The translations under genes and the position numbers were made by a program. A model generated the notes under the pieces. That model worked only from the letters and a program-made list of their open reading frames with translations, was not told the DNA's origin and did no database searches. Below, piece by piece: positions 12,230 through 23,971 of a stretch of DNA of 64,000 nt. The stretch comes from Tubulanus polymorphus (Eukaryota; Animalia; Nemertea): the NCBI RefSeq assembly GCF_964204645.1, contig NC_134029.1, positions 13,480,850 to 13,544,849 of the forward strand, in the 5' to 3' direction. Numbering within the stretch: position 1 is the first letter of the stretch; the number at the start of each line of letters is the position of its first letter.

Positions 12230-12438
12230 ATTGGTCGGTAATTAGATGGTAATTAAGTGGTAAATTGTCTATTTGATATCGTCGGTTGTTTAGCGGTTAA
12301 ATAACCGCTAAACAACCTACGATATCAAACAATATCCGGCTAATTACCGACGTATAGGATTAACGACGATTTTCCGACGACGAACTTCCGACAGAAATGA
12401 GATAGGGGCAAAATCGTCGGATTTTATTACCATGGTAG
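12230..12438. repeat. Putative transposon terminal region: 28-bp-arm hairpin and ccgacg subterminal repeats
   Basis: Arms 12272-12299 and 12302-12329 (1 mismatch). Several ccgac/gtcgg motifs ending in attttattaccatggtag. Confidence 0.5.
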
Positions 12439-13580
12439 CAACAATACACGTAGTTTATATAATGACGTTCAAATTCCATTTCTAATCACGATTTTCGACT
12501 ACCTCCACATTTCTTAACCCCGAGATATTTCAAATTAAAAAATTCCACATGTTCAGATATTTTTTATATAAGGTTTATGAATGATTGATATTTTGAAATG
12601 TTAGTATTATAGCATTTTTATTTTATAGCAAGTGTGCATTGATTCATTGCATATTTCATTGCGATAATATCTCAAACAACAATTGTCCAGTACATCGTTA
12701 CCTCAGGCTAGTAGCATATTCACACAATACAGATGTCGGATTGTGGTTTTTGAGTATAACAGATTCCATTGAAATTGGTTTAAGGTGTATGTGTAACTGG
12801 GGTAGCTCGTTTGCGCTGTGATTTTCATTACACACAGTCAATGGAGTTGATACCCTGGGGAAAACGAAATCGACAAGAAAGAATATGGTCTTGCTGACAT
12901 GGTTCTACCAGGGTAGTGTGATGACACATCACACTTCCCTGGTTCTACTAAGTACTTTTGTGCCTATGTTTCGTAGAATAATTGGAACACTGAACTTATT
13001 ACTTTTGCTAGAGCAAATAACATGTTTTGCCGACTGTGACGAACTGCTGCAGACATCAACAAAACAAATCAGAATTATAATTCGACAGAGACGTGTTCAC
13101 ATTTAGGTTGTTAAATAAATGGAGCTGACGGTGATGGGTCACAGTTGTATTTCCCACAAATGGCAATACATTTCAAACCGACCAATAACGTTTCATGCGG
13201 TCCTCGTTGAGAGCTATGCAAACCACTCTTAGTACGGTATACAAAGTTTGTTTGAAATCAAAAGAGAATAAATTTTTAAAAGATAAAGAATTGCCTTCAT
13301 CTTATGTTCAGCTTTACAGTATGTTCCCTGCATACAAAAATACTAACCCTACATTCAAATGATTAATCCAAGATTCTACTACATATTTACTACAGTTGCA
13401 TTGAGATCTCACTGACATCACACATAGTGGTTGCTAAGACGTCTCAATTGTCTAGCTCGGTTAAGGTCGAGGTTACAGCTAACAAACACAGTTACGCAAT
13501 GGTGACGGACGTCTGGATTCGATACGTAATTAAACTGATATGCTAATCAGCCACGTTCAGTGGCCCCACTGAAGTTCATT

Positions 13581-13781
13581 ACTTGTTTGTTCCTTGTTCC
13601 TTATTCAGATTTCGTCTTTACCGGTTCAATTTTCGTTACTTATTGAGAATTCGTCTCCCAATAAGGAACAAGTAACATGTTACATGTTCCTTCTTCCTTC
13701 TTCCTTATTCAGATTTTCGTCTTTACCGGTTCAGATTTTCTTGTTACTTATTGAGAATTCATCTCCCAATAAGGAACAAGT
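13581..13781. repeat. Duplicated ~80-bp unit with aataaggaacaag / ttgttccttatt inverted ends (non-autonomous element-like)
   Basis: ttccttattcagattt..ttaccggttca..ttacttattgagaattc.tctcccaataaggaacaagt occurs twice. Confidence 0.55.
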
Positions 13782-15659
13782 CAGATTTTCTCGCTGTTAC
13801 TTATTCGCCAGGTGGCGCTGGTATACACTATGCCGTAGTCCAGACATTTTACGTAACTATGTCTACTCTGCTGATAAACAAACTCGACCTCGACCTTGAC
13901 AACAAATCGCCAGGTGATGGCGCGAGCCAATCCAGACGTCTAAACACGATTGCGTATGCGACCGCGAGAGCGGTCAGCCGTAGCTTCACTTCAGGATAGA
14001 ACGATAACCACACTCAAACGTGGTGAACGGATAATAAAAATTTTTTAGATTCAATAAATAAATTCTTGTTTTTACGTATATATATATATATATATATATA
14101 AGCTTCAGTTACACACATGTTTTAATACTATTCGATCAGATTGCTCTCAATACTTTTAATACGAATACGAATATTCATTACACTCCAATCACTTCTATGG
14201 TATATGGAGGAGGGAAAACAGCATTCATTTAGGAGGTAAATGAAAACGTATCTTAAAACATAACAAACATTATTTACGGAACATACTATTTACATATTAC
14301 CCATTGGATTCATATACATCTAAAGGTGTCCCCCTTTCGAGTTTAGAACATTTATATTCCGTGGTATTATACTGGTACCTTCTGAAACATGGCCATGGCC
14401 GCGACTGCACATCAATACCCGGCATTGCGATTTTCCGTGTTACACTTATATATAAAACATGTACAACATAAGGTAAACGGAGATCGGGAAAACACGAACA
14501 ATGAACGCTTTTACGGTTCGCAGCGCTTTTACGGCCGCAAAATGTGATCTACCGATCTCAGAAAAATTATGTGACCCAAGCCTCAATAACCCTCATCCCC
14601 CCTAAATCTCTACATATTTCCACTGCTCTCTGGAATGATGAGATAAAAGAATAGAAATCGACATCAGTAGCACCAAAGCTAACCGTACCATTTTTTCTCA
14701 CTACTTGAAATAAACTATGCGCAAAGCCAGAGAAAAATTTGCGATTTAGAGAGAGATAAATACAATGCAACACACATCATCGATTCGATACAGCAGTTGC
14801 AGGCCTATTTGAATACTTGTAGTAAAGCGCGGTCGATTGATGCGCGCGGGCAGTATCTTATCTTCAAGCACAAAACTATCGTATTATTTCCAATAATTAA
14901 TTGTTACATGTTTACACTCTTTGCGTAAAAGTAACGACACATCTGAATTTCTTCCGGAAAGCAAAGTAAAATTAGGTGACAATTGGAACTATTTAATTTC
15001 GCGCATTGAAACATACATACGCTTTAAGCGGCGTGATCAGTACGCACAATAGGGAGCATTTATTGATTGCTAGAAAAGCGATAAACTTGTCGTCTTGTAT
15101 TGCTATAATACTTAACACTGCATTTTCACATTTGTGATCATACGTACTAATTTCCCCTGGAGCGGTGCCCCGGCAACAGTGCGTCAGCAACAGGTGGGAT
15201 TCTCACGCGTATCTCATTGAGCGGTGATGAGTGATAACAGATATCAATTTCTTCACACGGTCAGCTTTTCCGATATCAAAATAGTAGGTCAGCATCATTG
15301 CTTGGTGACGTAGCTACGATAGTCCCAGTTGATCGTGTCATCACGTCTGGCGCAACCTCGGAAATCCTCTCGATGACAGACACTGTCCAATAACCATCGG
15401 ATCGCCTCTCTGGCGCCATACTTGCGTGGGTTTGATTGCAGCCCACCGAAACTCTTGCTTCAGCGTCTCAAACGTTTTTTCTTTTGGCCACATGGCCAAT
15501 GAATTGTACTTTTCGTGATTGATAAACGCAATGCTTATTTCGCAAAGGAATGATTTCTTATAAATGCGTCGTTCATTTACTGTTCACTTTGTTTACACAG
15601 TTCACCAAACTCACTGTTGCTTTTTTCACGGTATGTCGGTGATAAACCTAAGCAGACAT

Positions 15660-16108
15660 TAATATTAAAACCAAATTCTGACATATCATTGAAAGATAGA
15701 ATAAAATTATTATTTAAGTTTGAAGGAATAACAATTCTTTCAATTGTAACAGCTGTAACTATGTTATTTACAACAATTGGTTTAGCAATATCAAATGCTT
15801 TAAAATCTACTCCTACTCCCACTCCCAATAAACCAGATAAACCTCCAAGCAATAATTCTATACAAGATAAAGTTAAAGATGGTTTAAAGAAATTAGCAAA
15901 ATATTTATGGGAACTATCAAAGAAATCTGCTGCAGCATTGCCAGGAGTTATTGCATCAATTGTTGGTTTTATATTGAAATCTGCAGGAAACATTATTAAC
16001 TTTGCTGCTGAACATATTATTTTATTTTTAATTACAGTTGTAAGTGCTATTTGGTTTAGTAAATATGATATCAAAAAATATCAAGTAAACCATGATATCA
16101 AAAAATAA
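15660..16108 (+). pseudogene. 3' part of Polinton coiled-coil/membrane protein (5' truncated)
   Basis: Hydrophobic helices plus amphipathic LKKLAKYLWELSKKSAAALPG. Homologs at 41350-42700 (-) and 47951-48352 (+). The 5' end of the tracked ORF is unrelated DNA. Confidence 0.7.
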
Positions 16109-16132
16109 ATAATTAATTTTTTTGTTAAATAA

Positions 16133-17380
16133 ATGAGTGGGAGTTATATCAATCCTTCGAAGAATCATAGAATATCTAATGCTATTAAAGCAGAAAGATC
16201 ACATCATATAATTACTCATAACCCTTCAAATATTAGTCCCGATGAAACTTTATACGTTAGAATTCCTCGATTAACACAAAATACTTTTTATGTTCCAAAC
16301 AGTATTTATTTATCAGCCGATATAAAAGTAATCGGTAATAATAATAATTATGTCGTTGATAATGTTGGAAGATATTTGATTAAAAAGTTAACAATAAAGA
16401 TTGGTCCAGAAACAGTTTTTTCATTAGATGATTATAATTTATTTATGCATTATAAAGATTTATGGTTAACTAAAGAAAATAGAAATAATATGATATTTCA
16501 AGGAATTCAATCAGAAAACCAAAATAAATTAAGATCAGAAGCTAATAGCGCAATATTAACTAATGATGTAGATAAATTGATAAAAAGTATATATGGAAAC
16601 AAATATAAAATTCCATTAGACTTTGAATTGATAAATAATAATGCACCTTTATATAAATACGCAATTCAAGAAGATATTATATTTGAGATAACATTTGCTC
16701 CTGTAAATGAAATTGTATTATCTAGCGTTAATAAAGATATGAGTTATAAATTATCGAATATATGTTTAGAATATGATACAGTAACTGATGAAAATATTTC
16801 AAGTATAATTCAAACTCAATACAATCAAGGATTTTCATTATTATATGATTATATTGATAAATTTAAAACTGTAACTATTAATGCAAATGATGAAATAATT
16901 AATGAGAATATTAACTTTCCTAGAAGATCTATTAAAGGTATATTAATATTTTTTACCATTGGAACGTATACTAATGGCGCAATAAATGTTGACAATTATT
17001 ATAATCCTGAAATAACAAAAGTAGAAATAACTATCGAAGGAATAGCGAATAAAATATTTTGTCAAGGAATGAGAATGATTGATCAATGGGTAGAAATTAA
17101 AAAACATTTTATGAATGAAAAAATAAAATCATCTGAAAATTGTAATATTAATCAAATTGATTATTATACCGGTAATAAATTTGCTTTATGGTTAGATTTT
17201 AGAACAACTGAAGATAATTCATTACACGGTTCTGGAAAAAAACTACAAAATACAAAAGATGGAATACAATTATTCATGACAAAGAAAAAGGGAATCAAAA
17301 ATTTCAAAATGCACATTTATATTATATCTGACGCGCAATTAAATATTATAAATTCACAATTAGATAGTGTTATGTATTAA
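16133..17380 (+). CDS. Polinton major capsid protein (double jelly-roll/hexon-like), 415 aa, intact
   Basis: ITHNPSNI..ETLYVRIP, ICLEYDTV, ALWLDFRTTEDNSLHGSG and DAQLNI motifs of invertebrate Polinton MCPs; adjacent to ATPase and integrase. Confidence 0.85.
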   Translation: MSGSYINPSKNHRISNAIKAERSHHIITHNPSNISPDETLYVRIPRLTQNTFYVPNSIYLSADIKVIGNNNNYVVDNVGRYLIKKLTIKIGPETVFSLDDYNLFMHYKDLWLTKENRNNMIFQGIQSENQNKLRSEANSAILTNDVDKLIKSIYGNKYKIPLDFELINNNAPLYKYAIQEDIIFEITFAPVNEIVLSSVNKDMSYKLSNICLEYDTVTDENISSIIQTQYNQGFSLLYDYIDKFKTVTINANDEIINENINFPRRSIKGILIFFTIGTYTNGAINVDNYYNPEITKVEITIEGIANKIFCQGMRMIDQWVEIKKHFMNEKIKSSENCNINQIDYYTGNKFALWLDFRTTEDNSLHGSGKKLQNTKDGIQLFMTKKKGIKNFKMHIYIISDAQLNIINSQLDSVMY

Positions 17381-17412
17381 AATTTTAACTTTAATAAAAA
17401 ATCTTATATTAA

Positions 17413-18603
17413 ATGGAAGGTGGAATATATGAAATACAATCTCCAAGTGAAATGATATCAGATATATATTATATATTACCTTATGATGAATACAGTAAGT
17501 ATTTTGGAGATTACTTTAATCAATTCAAATATAGAATAAGTAAAATAGATAAGAATATTGAAACAAAAATAGAAGATAATATTGAACCTAAAATAGAAGA
17601 TAAGAATGATATTGAATATAAAATAGAAGATAATATTGAAACTAAAATAGAAGATAGTAATAATATTGAATATAAAATAGAAGATGTAACAGGATATATA
17701 TCTTATAATATACCCTCTACATATGATATTGAATCAAAAAAGACAAATGAAAAATATTGTGACGTATGTAAACAGTATAAAAGTTATAAGAATTGGGCAA
17801 CTCATCTTAATTCACTCAAGCATAAGAAAAATAAGAATAAGATTTTAAATGAATTGGATAATGATAGTGAAATTGATAATGATAATGTTAAAGAAGATAA
17901 ATATTGTGAAGAATGTGATAAATATATAAGTCGTAGTAATTTTTCAAAGCATAAATTAACACAGATACATTTGGATAATATAGAAAGAAATATATGTGAA
18001 AAGTGTAATGTTGTTGTATTACCTAAAGATAGAATTAAACATGATAATTCTTTTGAACATACAATAAAAGCTGCTGATTTAAATATCCTTTATAGAGTAC
18101 CAAGTGTATTTTTTGATATCGAAAATAATGATCATAGGAAATTATATAGATCAATTTTTATCGATTATGTAAGAAATAATCCAAAACTAGTATTATCAGA
18201 TATTAAAATTGGTCGGACGCGTATAAAAATTGAATCTTCAAATAAAACTTATTGGGGTATACATTATTTCATAAAATTTAAAAGGAGAGATTTTTTAACA
18301 GAATTGAAAAAAGTTGCTGCTAATGATAATATAAATGATAACTTTGATGAAATAATTCAATACTATAGTTATGAAGATTTTTCACAGGATGTTATAAATA
18401 AAATAAGAAATGAAGCAAAAAATGAATATAAAAATATAAGTGAAGACAAATTAAACCAATATATTTATTTAACTTATGAATTCTTTGCTAAGGGTTTGAA
18501 TGTGGTTGATGGTTATCATTTTAAACTATTAGGTGAAAGAAGATCGCAAGAATTAAGAGATGCATGGAGCAAATTGTTTTCAGAATTAGAATCAGAAAAG
18601 TAA
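17413..18603 (+). CDS. Polinton cargo protein with KIED repeats and three U1/matrin-like C2H2 fingers
   Basis: YCDVC..HLNSLKH, YCEEC..HKLTQIH, CEKC..HDNSFEH. Confidence 0.75.
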   Translation: MEGGIYEIQSPSEMISDIYYILPYDEYSKYFGDYFNQFKYRISKIDKNIETKIEDNIEPKIEDKNDIEYKIEDNIETKIEDSNNIEYKIEDVTGYISYNIPSTYDIESKKTNEKYCDVCKQYKSYKNWATHLNSLKHKKNKNKILNELDNDSEIDNDNVKEDKYCEECDKYISRSNFSKHKLTQIHLDNIERNICEKCNVVVLPKDRIKHDNSFEHTIKAADLNILYRVPSVFFDIENNDHRKLYRSIFIDYVRNNPKLVLSDIKIGRTRIKIESSNKTYWGIHYFIKFKRRDFLTELKKVAANDNINDNFDEIIQYYSYEDFSQDVINKIRNEAKNEYKNISEDKLNQYIYLTYEFFAKGLNVVDGYHFKLLGERRSQELRDAWSKLFSELESEK

Positions 18604-18630
18604 TTTAAAATATGAATATAATACCCTTTG

Positions 18631-19191
18631 TGTCTTTATTGTCTTTAGTAGTTTAGTACTTTTAGTACATAAAGAATAAATCTTTATTTTATTAGTAGTG
18701 AATAAAATTATTTTTAAAACTACTTAACTACTAAAGACAATAAAGACATAAATATATATATAACACTGTTTCAATAATTATATTTATTCATCTGATGGAT
18801 TTTATATATTACTGTTTCAATAATTAAATCTATTTATCACACATATTTATTATATATATCATAGATTTATAATTTATAAAAATTATTTATATATTTATTT
18901 TTCTAAGTACTAATTAAATAAAGATTTATTCTTTATGTACTAAAAGTACTAAACCTACTAAAGATAATAAAGACATAACAAACACATATAGATGTAATAA
19001 ATATCATAAATTTATTTATCTTACAGATTTATTATATATATTTGATTCAGTAATGATAAATCTATGGTGTTTGTTATGTCTTAATTATCTTTAGTAGTTT
19101 AGTAGTTCTATTTTATTTTTAAAGTATTAATAAAATAAAGATTTATTCTTTATGTACTAAAAGTACTAAAGTACTAAAGATAATAAAGACA
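18631..19191. repeat. AT-rich alternating inverted-repeat array between convergent genes
   Basis: The ~59-bp unit at 18631-18689 is the near-perfect reverse complement of 18916-18975 and 19134-19191. Partial copies near 18729 and 19077. Confidence 0.8.
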
Positions 19192-19255
19192 TTAGGGGGA
19201 GGTATATAATACATATCTAATACATATCTAATACATAGGTATACAAATATTATTA

Positions 19256-19870
19256 TTATTTTATAAATTTATATTCATATGGAAATTGTAATCTCATAAG
19301 TAATTTGGAACCTTTATTATTCTTTAATTTATTCATATATTCATCATGTAATTCAGGAGGTATAATTTGATTTTCTTCCAATGATTGTTGCATAGATTTT
19401 CTATCTTTGTTGTAGAATAAAACTAGAAATCTTATATTCTCTCTAAAATCTTTCACAATTGAATTATATTTCTGATTTAAAACCCAAGTTGTTATCCCAA
19501 AATGTCTACCAGAGAAAGCTAAATAACATAACTCACTTTCTCTAATTTTAGAATCATTTAAATTTGCGCAATCATCAATAATAAATAATGTATTTGATCC
19601 TTTATAAATATCTAATGCAATTTTTATACAATTATCTAAATTATCTTTCACTGTTTTAGAATTTAATATAATAAACTTTTTATCTTTAAAAACTATATCT
19701 CTATTATACGTTTCATTCATTTCATAAGTTGGGCAGAATAATATTATATTATCAAAATGATTCTTATAAATAGTTTCTAATAAATATAATATGAAGTGTG
19801 TTTTACCACAATTTGTAACTCCAGTAACTAACATATTATGAGGTTCAAATATAAATAAATCTTTATTCAT
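19256..19870 (-). CDS. A32/FtsK-HerA-like DNA packaging ATPase, intact
   Basis: Walker A GVTNCGKT, Walker B IIDD, GRH and NQ motifs. Confidence 0.9.
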   Translation of the reverse strand: MNKDLFIFEPHNMLVTGVTNCGKTHFILYLLETIYKNHFDNIILFCPTYEMNETYNRDIVFKDKKFIILNSKTVKDNLDNCIKIALDIYKGSNTLFIIDDCANLNDSKIRESELCYLAFSGRHFGITTWVLNQKYNSIVKDFRENIRFLVLFYNKDRKSMQQSLEENQIIPPELHDEYMNKLKNNKGSKLLMRLQFPYEYKFIK

Positions 19871-20947
19871 TTATTCTTTTAATTTTACTAGATAAAATCC
19901 ATTCATTAAATTTATCATCATATCCTTTATATTTCACCAAAGAATACTTTTTTCCTTTAAGAGTTTTTGTTTTCAATACCTTTTCTATTTTGTATTCTAT
20001 TTCATCTGGATTTGGTACTAATGATAATTCTTGTTCATAAAAATAACCTAATATTTCTTCATCTTTTAAATCAAACAATTTATAAACAAATGGTTTAGTT
20101 AATATTATCTTTTTAATTTTAAATATTTCTTCTGTAAAATTAGGGGTATAACCTTTATAAAATGTTTTTCGATATTTAGAAATTCTAACATGTTGTCCTA
20201 TTATAAATTTAGGTTCTCCAAATCATGTGTAACAAATGCACCATATAAATTATTCCAAACTATTTCTGAATTTTCTTCTTTTCTAGCTTGTATAGGTTTC
20301 ATATTTATAGAACTATGTTTAGAATTATTATAATCTTTAACTAAATCATCTGATACATTGATATATTTATATGTTTCATTAGCGGTGAAATATTTCCACA
20401 TTCTAGTTTTCAATGTTTTATTAAATCTTTCTATAACAGATGCTTTTTTATCTGAATGTGTTGAAAAATATTCTACATCGTTATCAGTTAATAGTTTTTT
20501 AAAATGTTTGTTATAAAATTCTTTACCTTCATCAAATTGTATTTTATCTGGGATAGCTTCTTTAAATATTAATTTGAAAGAATTTGTAACTTCTATACCA
20601 GTTTTATTTTTAATCGGGATACTCCATGCGTATCTACTGAATATATCTATAACATTTAGTATCCAAAAATATCCTTTGTTATATTCTTCTAAGTTTTTCA
20701 TATCAATTAAATCAGCTTGCCATTGTTGATCGATATATGAAACCATTACTTTTCTTGTTAAATATTTTTTATCCATCTTTTTATGAATTTGATATGTGGG
20801 TTGATTTTGTAACCATGATTTTAATTCACTATATTTTATTTTTTCTTTATCAGATTTAATTTTATCCCATAATTCCGAAACATTTGAATATGAAACTTCA
20901 CTTTCTGGGTTGTAATATAACGCTCTTAAATATTGTTCTTTTTTCAT
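19863..20947 (-). pseudogene. Retroviral-type (rve) integrase with C-terminal chromodomain; 1-nt frameshift near 20221
   Basis: WQADL, IDIFSRYAW, QFDEGKEF, IERFNKTLK; VKYKGYDDKFNEWI chromodomain. Comparison with 51317-52435 shows a lost T. Confidence 0.9.
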
Positions 20948-20953
20948 CTTATC

Positions 20954-21349
20954 TTATTCCATTAATAATAATCTTGGTTTATTTTCAATGACTTTATGAT
21001 TTGACTTATTTTCTGGTATAATAGGTTTATCATCATTGGAATCATATTTATCATCAGATTTGAATTTTGATTTATATATTACACCGGATAATATAATAAC
21101 TGTTACTAATCCAATTGTAATATATAAATAATTATTTCTTCCACTATTAGAAGAATTAGATGGATTATTATTTGAATCAATACTACCGTGTGGGTGCTGT
21201 ACGGCACCATCAGATAATTTCTGTGATTCATTTATATCAGTTAATTTCTTTTTCTTAGCTTTTTTTAATTCTGAAGATCTTTTACCTAATTCTCTTGCCC
21301 ATTTAATTTGTTTCTCTGATCTAGCCTTTTTCTTAACTCCATCACTCAT
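20954..21349 (-). CDS. Small basic Polinton protein with one TM helix
   Basis: Lys-rich N-terminus, LYITIGLVTVIILSGVIY; homolog at 52442-52801. Confidence 0.75.
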   Translation of the reverse strand: MSDGVKKKARSEKQIKWARELGKRSSELKKAKKKKLTDINESQKLSDGAVQHPHGSIDSNNNPSNSSNSGRNNYLYITIGLVTVIILSGVIYKSKFKSDDKYDSNDDKPIIPENKSNHKVIENKPRLLLME

Positions 21350-21947
21350 TTATTTTAGTTAATTTTTGTTCTGATTCATTTTCTGTTTCACTGTTTTGTT
21401 GTAGTACATCTGTTTCGTTCTTACCTGATTTATATTCCATAGGTTTGATGTTCGAAAATGTTATAACTCCAGTAGAAATTAATGTCATAACCGATCCTAA
21501 TTGGAATGAAGCATAACCGACCCATTTTTGTAATTCAGTCATAACTAAGTAGTCATTTTTCAAATCACTATATAATTTATTTTCATCATCAATTGGTATT
21601 AACTGGTTACATAACTTACAATAACATTTGACAATACCATCTGAAATAGAATCATTTATTCTAGCTAATCGAGCTTCTTCATAAATCTTAAAATATTTTA
21701 TTACTTTTTCTTTATTCATATTATCTAATTCTTGAAAAGTTATTGTTTTACCAATAAACTCTTTAGTTTTTCCACTCGCAATCAATAGTTCTAGATGATG
21801 CTTACAATATAAATAGTATTCATAATCAATATTACTATCAATTTTATTATCACATTTAGTTGCCACATTATCATTATCATCTGTTAGACCTAAATCTTCC
21901 AAAGTTTTTTCAACTTTAATATTATTCTTATTCGATTTCTTAGACAT
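21342..21947 (-). CDS. Conserved Polinton hypothetical protein (201 aa)
   Basis: Intact homolog at 52794-53396 and a decayed homolog near 37835-38290. Confidence 0.75.
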   Translation of the reverse strand: MSKKSNKNNIKVEKTLEDLGLTDDNDNVATKCDNKIDSNIDYEYYLYCKHHLELLIASGKTKEFIGKTITFQELDNMNKEKVIKYFKIYEEARLARINDSISDGIVKCYCKLCNQLIPIDDENKLYSDLKNDYLVMTELQKWVGYASFQLGSVMTLISTGVITFSNIKPMEYKSGKNETDVLQQNSETENESEQKLTKINE

Positions 21948-22173
21948 TTATATTAGAGAAATTTAATAAGAATAGTATTATAAGTATTCTTCAAATGATA
22001 CTAGCTAGTTAAAGTTAAAGAATTCTAGTATTAGTTATTGTTTTTTTTAGTATTTTTTATTTGTTATATAAAGTATTCTTTTTTGAAAAGAAAATATTAA
22101 AAATTAAAATAGAAATAATAGATAGTTGAAGGTATGTAATTTTTATTATATTTTATTTAAAATCTATTATTCT

Positions 22174-22839
22174 TTAACCACTCATTAAAGACTCAACGTA
22201 TTGTTCATTATTTGGATTATTATTCCATTGATCAATAAATTTCTTTGCTTTTGTTAACTGTTCTAAATATAACTGTAAATCTAGTTTATTAGATTTGATT
22301 TGATTTTCTTTCTTTTCTAAAGGTCTTAAATTTTTCCAACCCCAAATAAGTTTTTTATTGTATTCATCATTCATGTTAAATTTAGATATTGGTAACACGT
22401 GATCAATATGGTAATGATCCCCATAATTATCTATATTCATTTTATCATCGAATTGAAATATAATCCATGATTTGAGAAATTCATCTGAACAACCCAATAT
22501 ATCAGATAGTGTTTCTGAATGTGTTTCTTTGTTGAATAATTGTGTTAATCTAGACCTTAAGCATTGTTTCAATCTAAAATTAAGATCTGTTTGATATCTT
22601 TCTTTCATATATTTTGTCATATAATAATTATAATGTTCTATATTATCTTCTCGATATTGTTTGGTATATAGTTTAATGCAAGTTTTACAGTAATATTGAA
22701 AACCATCTTTGCTAGTCTTACGCTTACTAAATTCTGTTAATGATTTATCTAATTCACATTTAGAACACTTCTTGTAATATATGTTTATAACGCCAGTGTT
22801 ATTTGTAATATTGATAATTTGTGGTTGTTCTGGTTCCAT
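22174..22839 (-). CDS. HNH endonuclease-like protein with N-terminal Zn ribbon (large-DNA-virus style)
   Basis: CSKC..KSLTEF..KDG..CKTC; HIDHVLP...NLRPL..EN..KSNK. Confidence 0.75.
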   Translation of the reverse strand: MEPEQPQIINITNNTGVINIYYKKCSKCELDKSLTEFSKRKTSKDGFQYYCKTCIKLYTKQYREDNIEHYNYYMTKYMKERYQTDLNFRLKQCLRSRLTQLFNKETHSETLSDILGCSDEFLKSWIIFQFDDKMNIDNYGDHYHIDHVLPISKFNMNDEYNKKLIWGWKNLRPLEKKENQIKSNKLDLQLYLEQLTKAKKFIDQWNNNPNNEQYVESLMSG

Positions 22840-23004
22840 TTATTATACGTATTTTTTTACTAAATTGGTTAATAATTTATAATCCTCTTCCATTTCTTCG
22901 ACCAACGTCATCCTTTTTCATTCCTCGCTGCTTTTGATAAGTTTCAATTCCTTGATATCTAAATAATACCACTGGGCAAAAACGCTCGGGTGAGAGCGAG
23001 TTGG

Positions 23005-23320
23005 CTTCTGCGCATGCGTTAATCCTAATTATATATTCATTCTATAAATTCTGTAAAATAGAAACGACCGACATAAAATATCAAAACGTGTTCGCACTAG
23101 GCAAAACCGCTCTATTAGGAGCGTTTTTGCTTAATGCGCATGCGCTAATTATAATTATATATTCATTCTGTAAATTCTGTAAAATAGAAACAACTGAACA
23201 TAGAAAATTCAAACGCATGCGCACTAGGTAAAACCGCTTTTATAGGATCGTTTTTGATTAATGCGCATGCGCTAATTATAATTATATATTTATTATTGAA
23301 ACGACTGAACATAAAAATTC
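23005..23320. repeat. ~126-bp direct repeats (2.5 copies), each with a GCGCATGCG core
   Basis: Cores at 23010, 23136 and 23263. Confidence 0.8.
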
Positions 23321-23971
23321 ACAAATCAGATTTACACAATACATTATACAAGTTGTTCAGTCATTTCTTCTAATACATCATTTGATTTCTATAAATACAA
23401 TTTATAATTACAAACATTTTTTCAATTGCTGGTAAATATTTAACTACATCAACAAATGTTAAACTTAATCATTGGAGTCTTAATGTTTTTGAAATTATTA
23501 TATTTCTTCTTCGATCTTTTGGTGATTCTATTGGTTCGATATCCATTGCTGTTGATTCCTCAGTCAGAAAGAGTATCTTGAGTTTCTCTATCACTTCTTG
23601 ATGCGTATGACGTTTTATTAATCTAAAAGATATTAGCGGTAACTCTAGCTATCTAAAAGATATACTAAATACACTTAAATATATCTAAAGGTTTCATATT
23701 TAATAGTCTTAATAACTACAACAAACAGTACTTACATTTAGATTTATAATTGTATACTATAAACTCCTAATTTCGTTTCTAAAGATAGAATATCCTGAGC
23801 ACAATATTACAGCGTATGTCCATTTCCGGGGTGATTTCTAGAATGAACACGTCGTTGATTATGCCACGTCATCTAGTTCCGGTTCTAGAATATTCTACAC
23901 GTTTCTGATTATGACGTGTCATAATGTCTCGTCGTTATAGTAACAACTGTAACAGCTGTGAATTTATAGAT

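Noticed and set aside
14077-14100. (TA)n microsatellite (also 45381-45402)
   Set aside because: Ordinary simple repeat.
12639-15190. Short ORFs in the intergenic stretch (also 31989-34957)
   Set aside because: No motifs, coding bias or splice-consistent structure; likely repeat-derived non-coding DNA.
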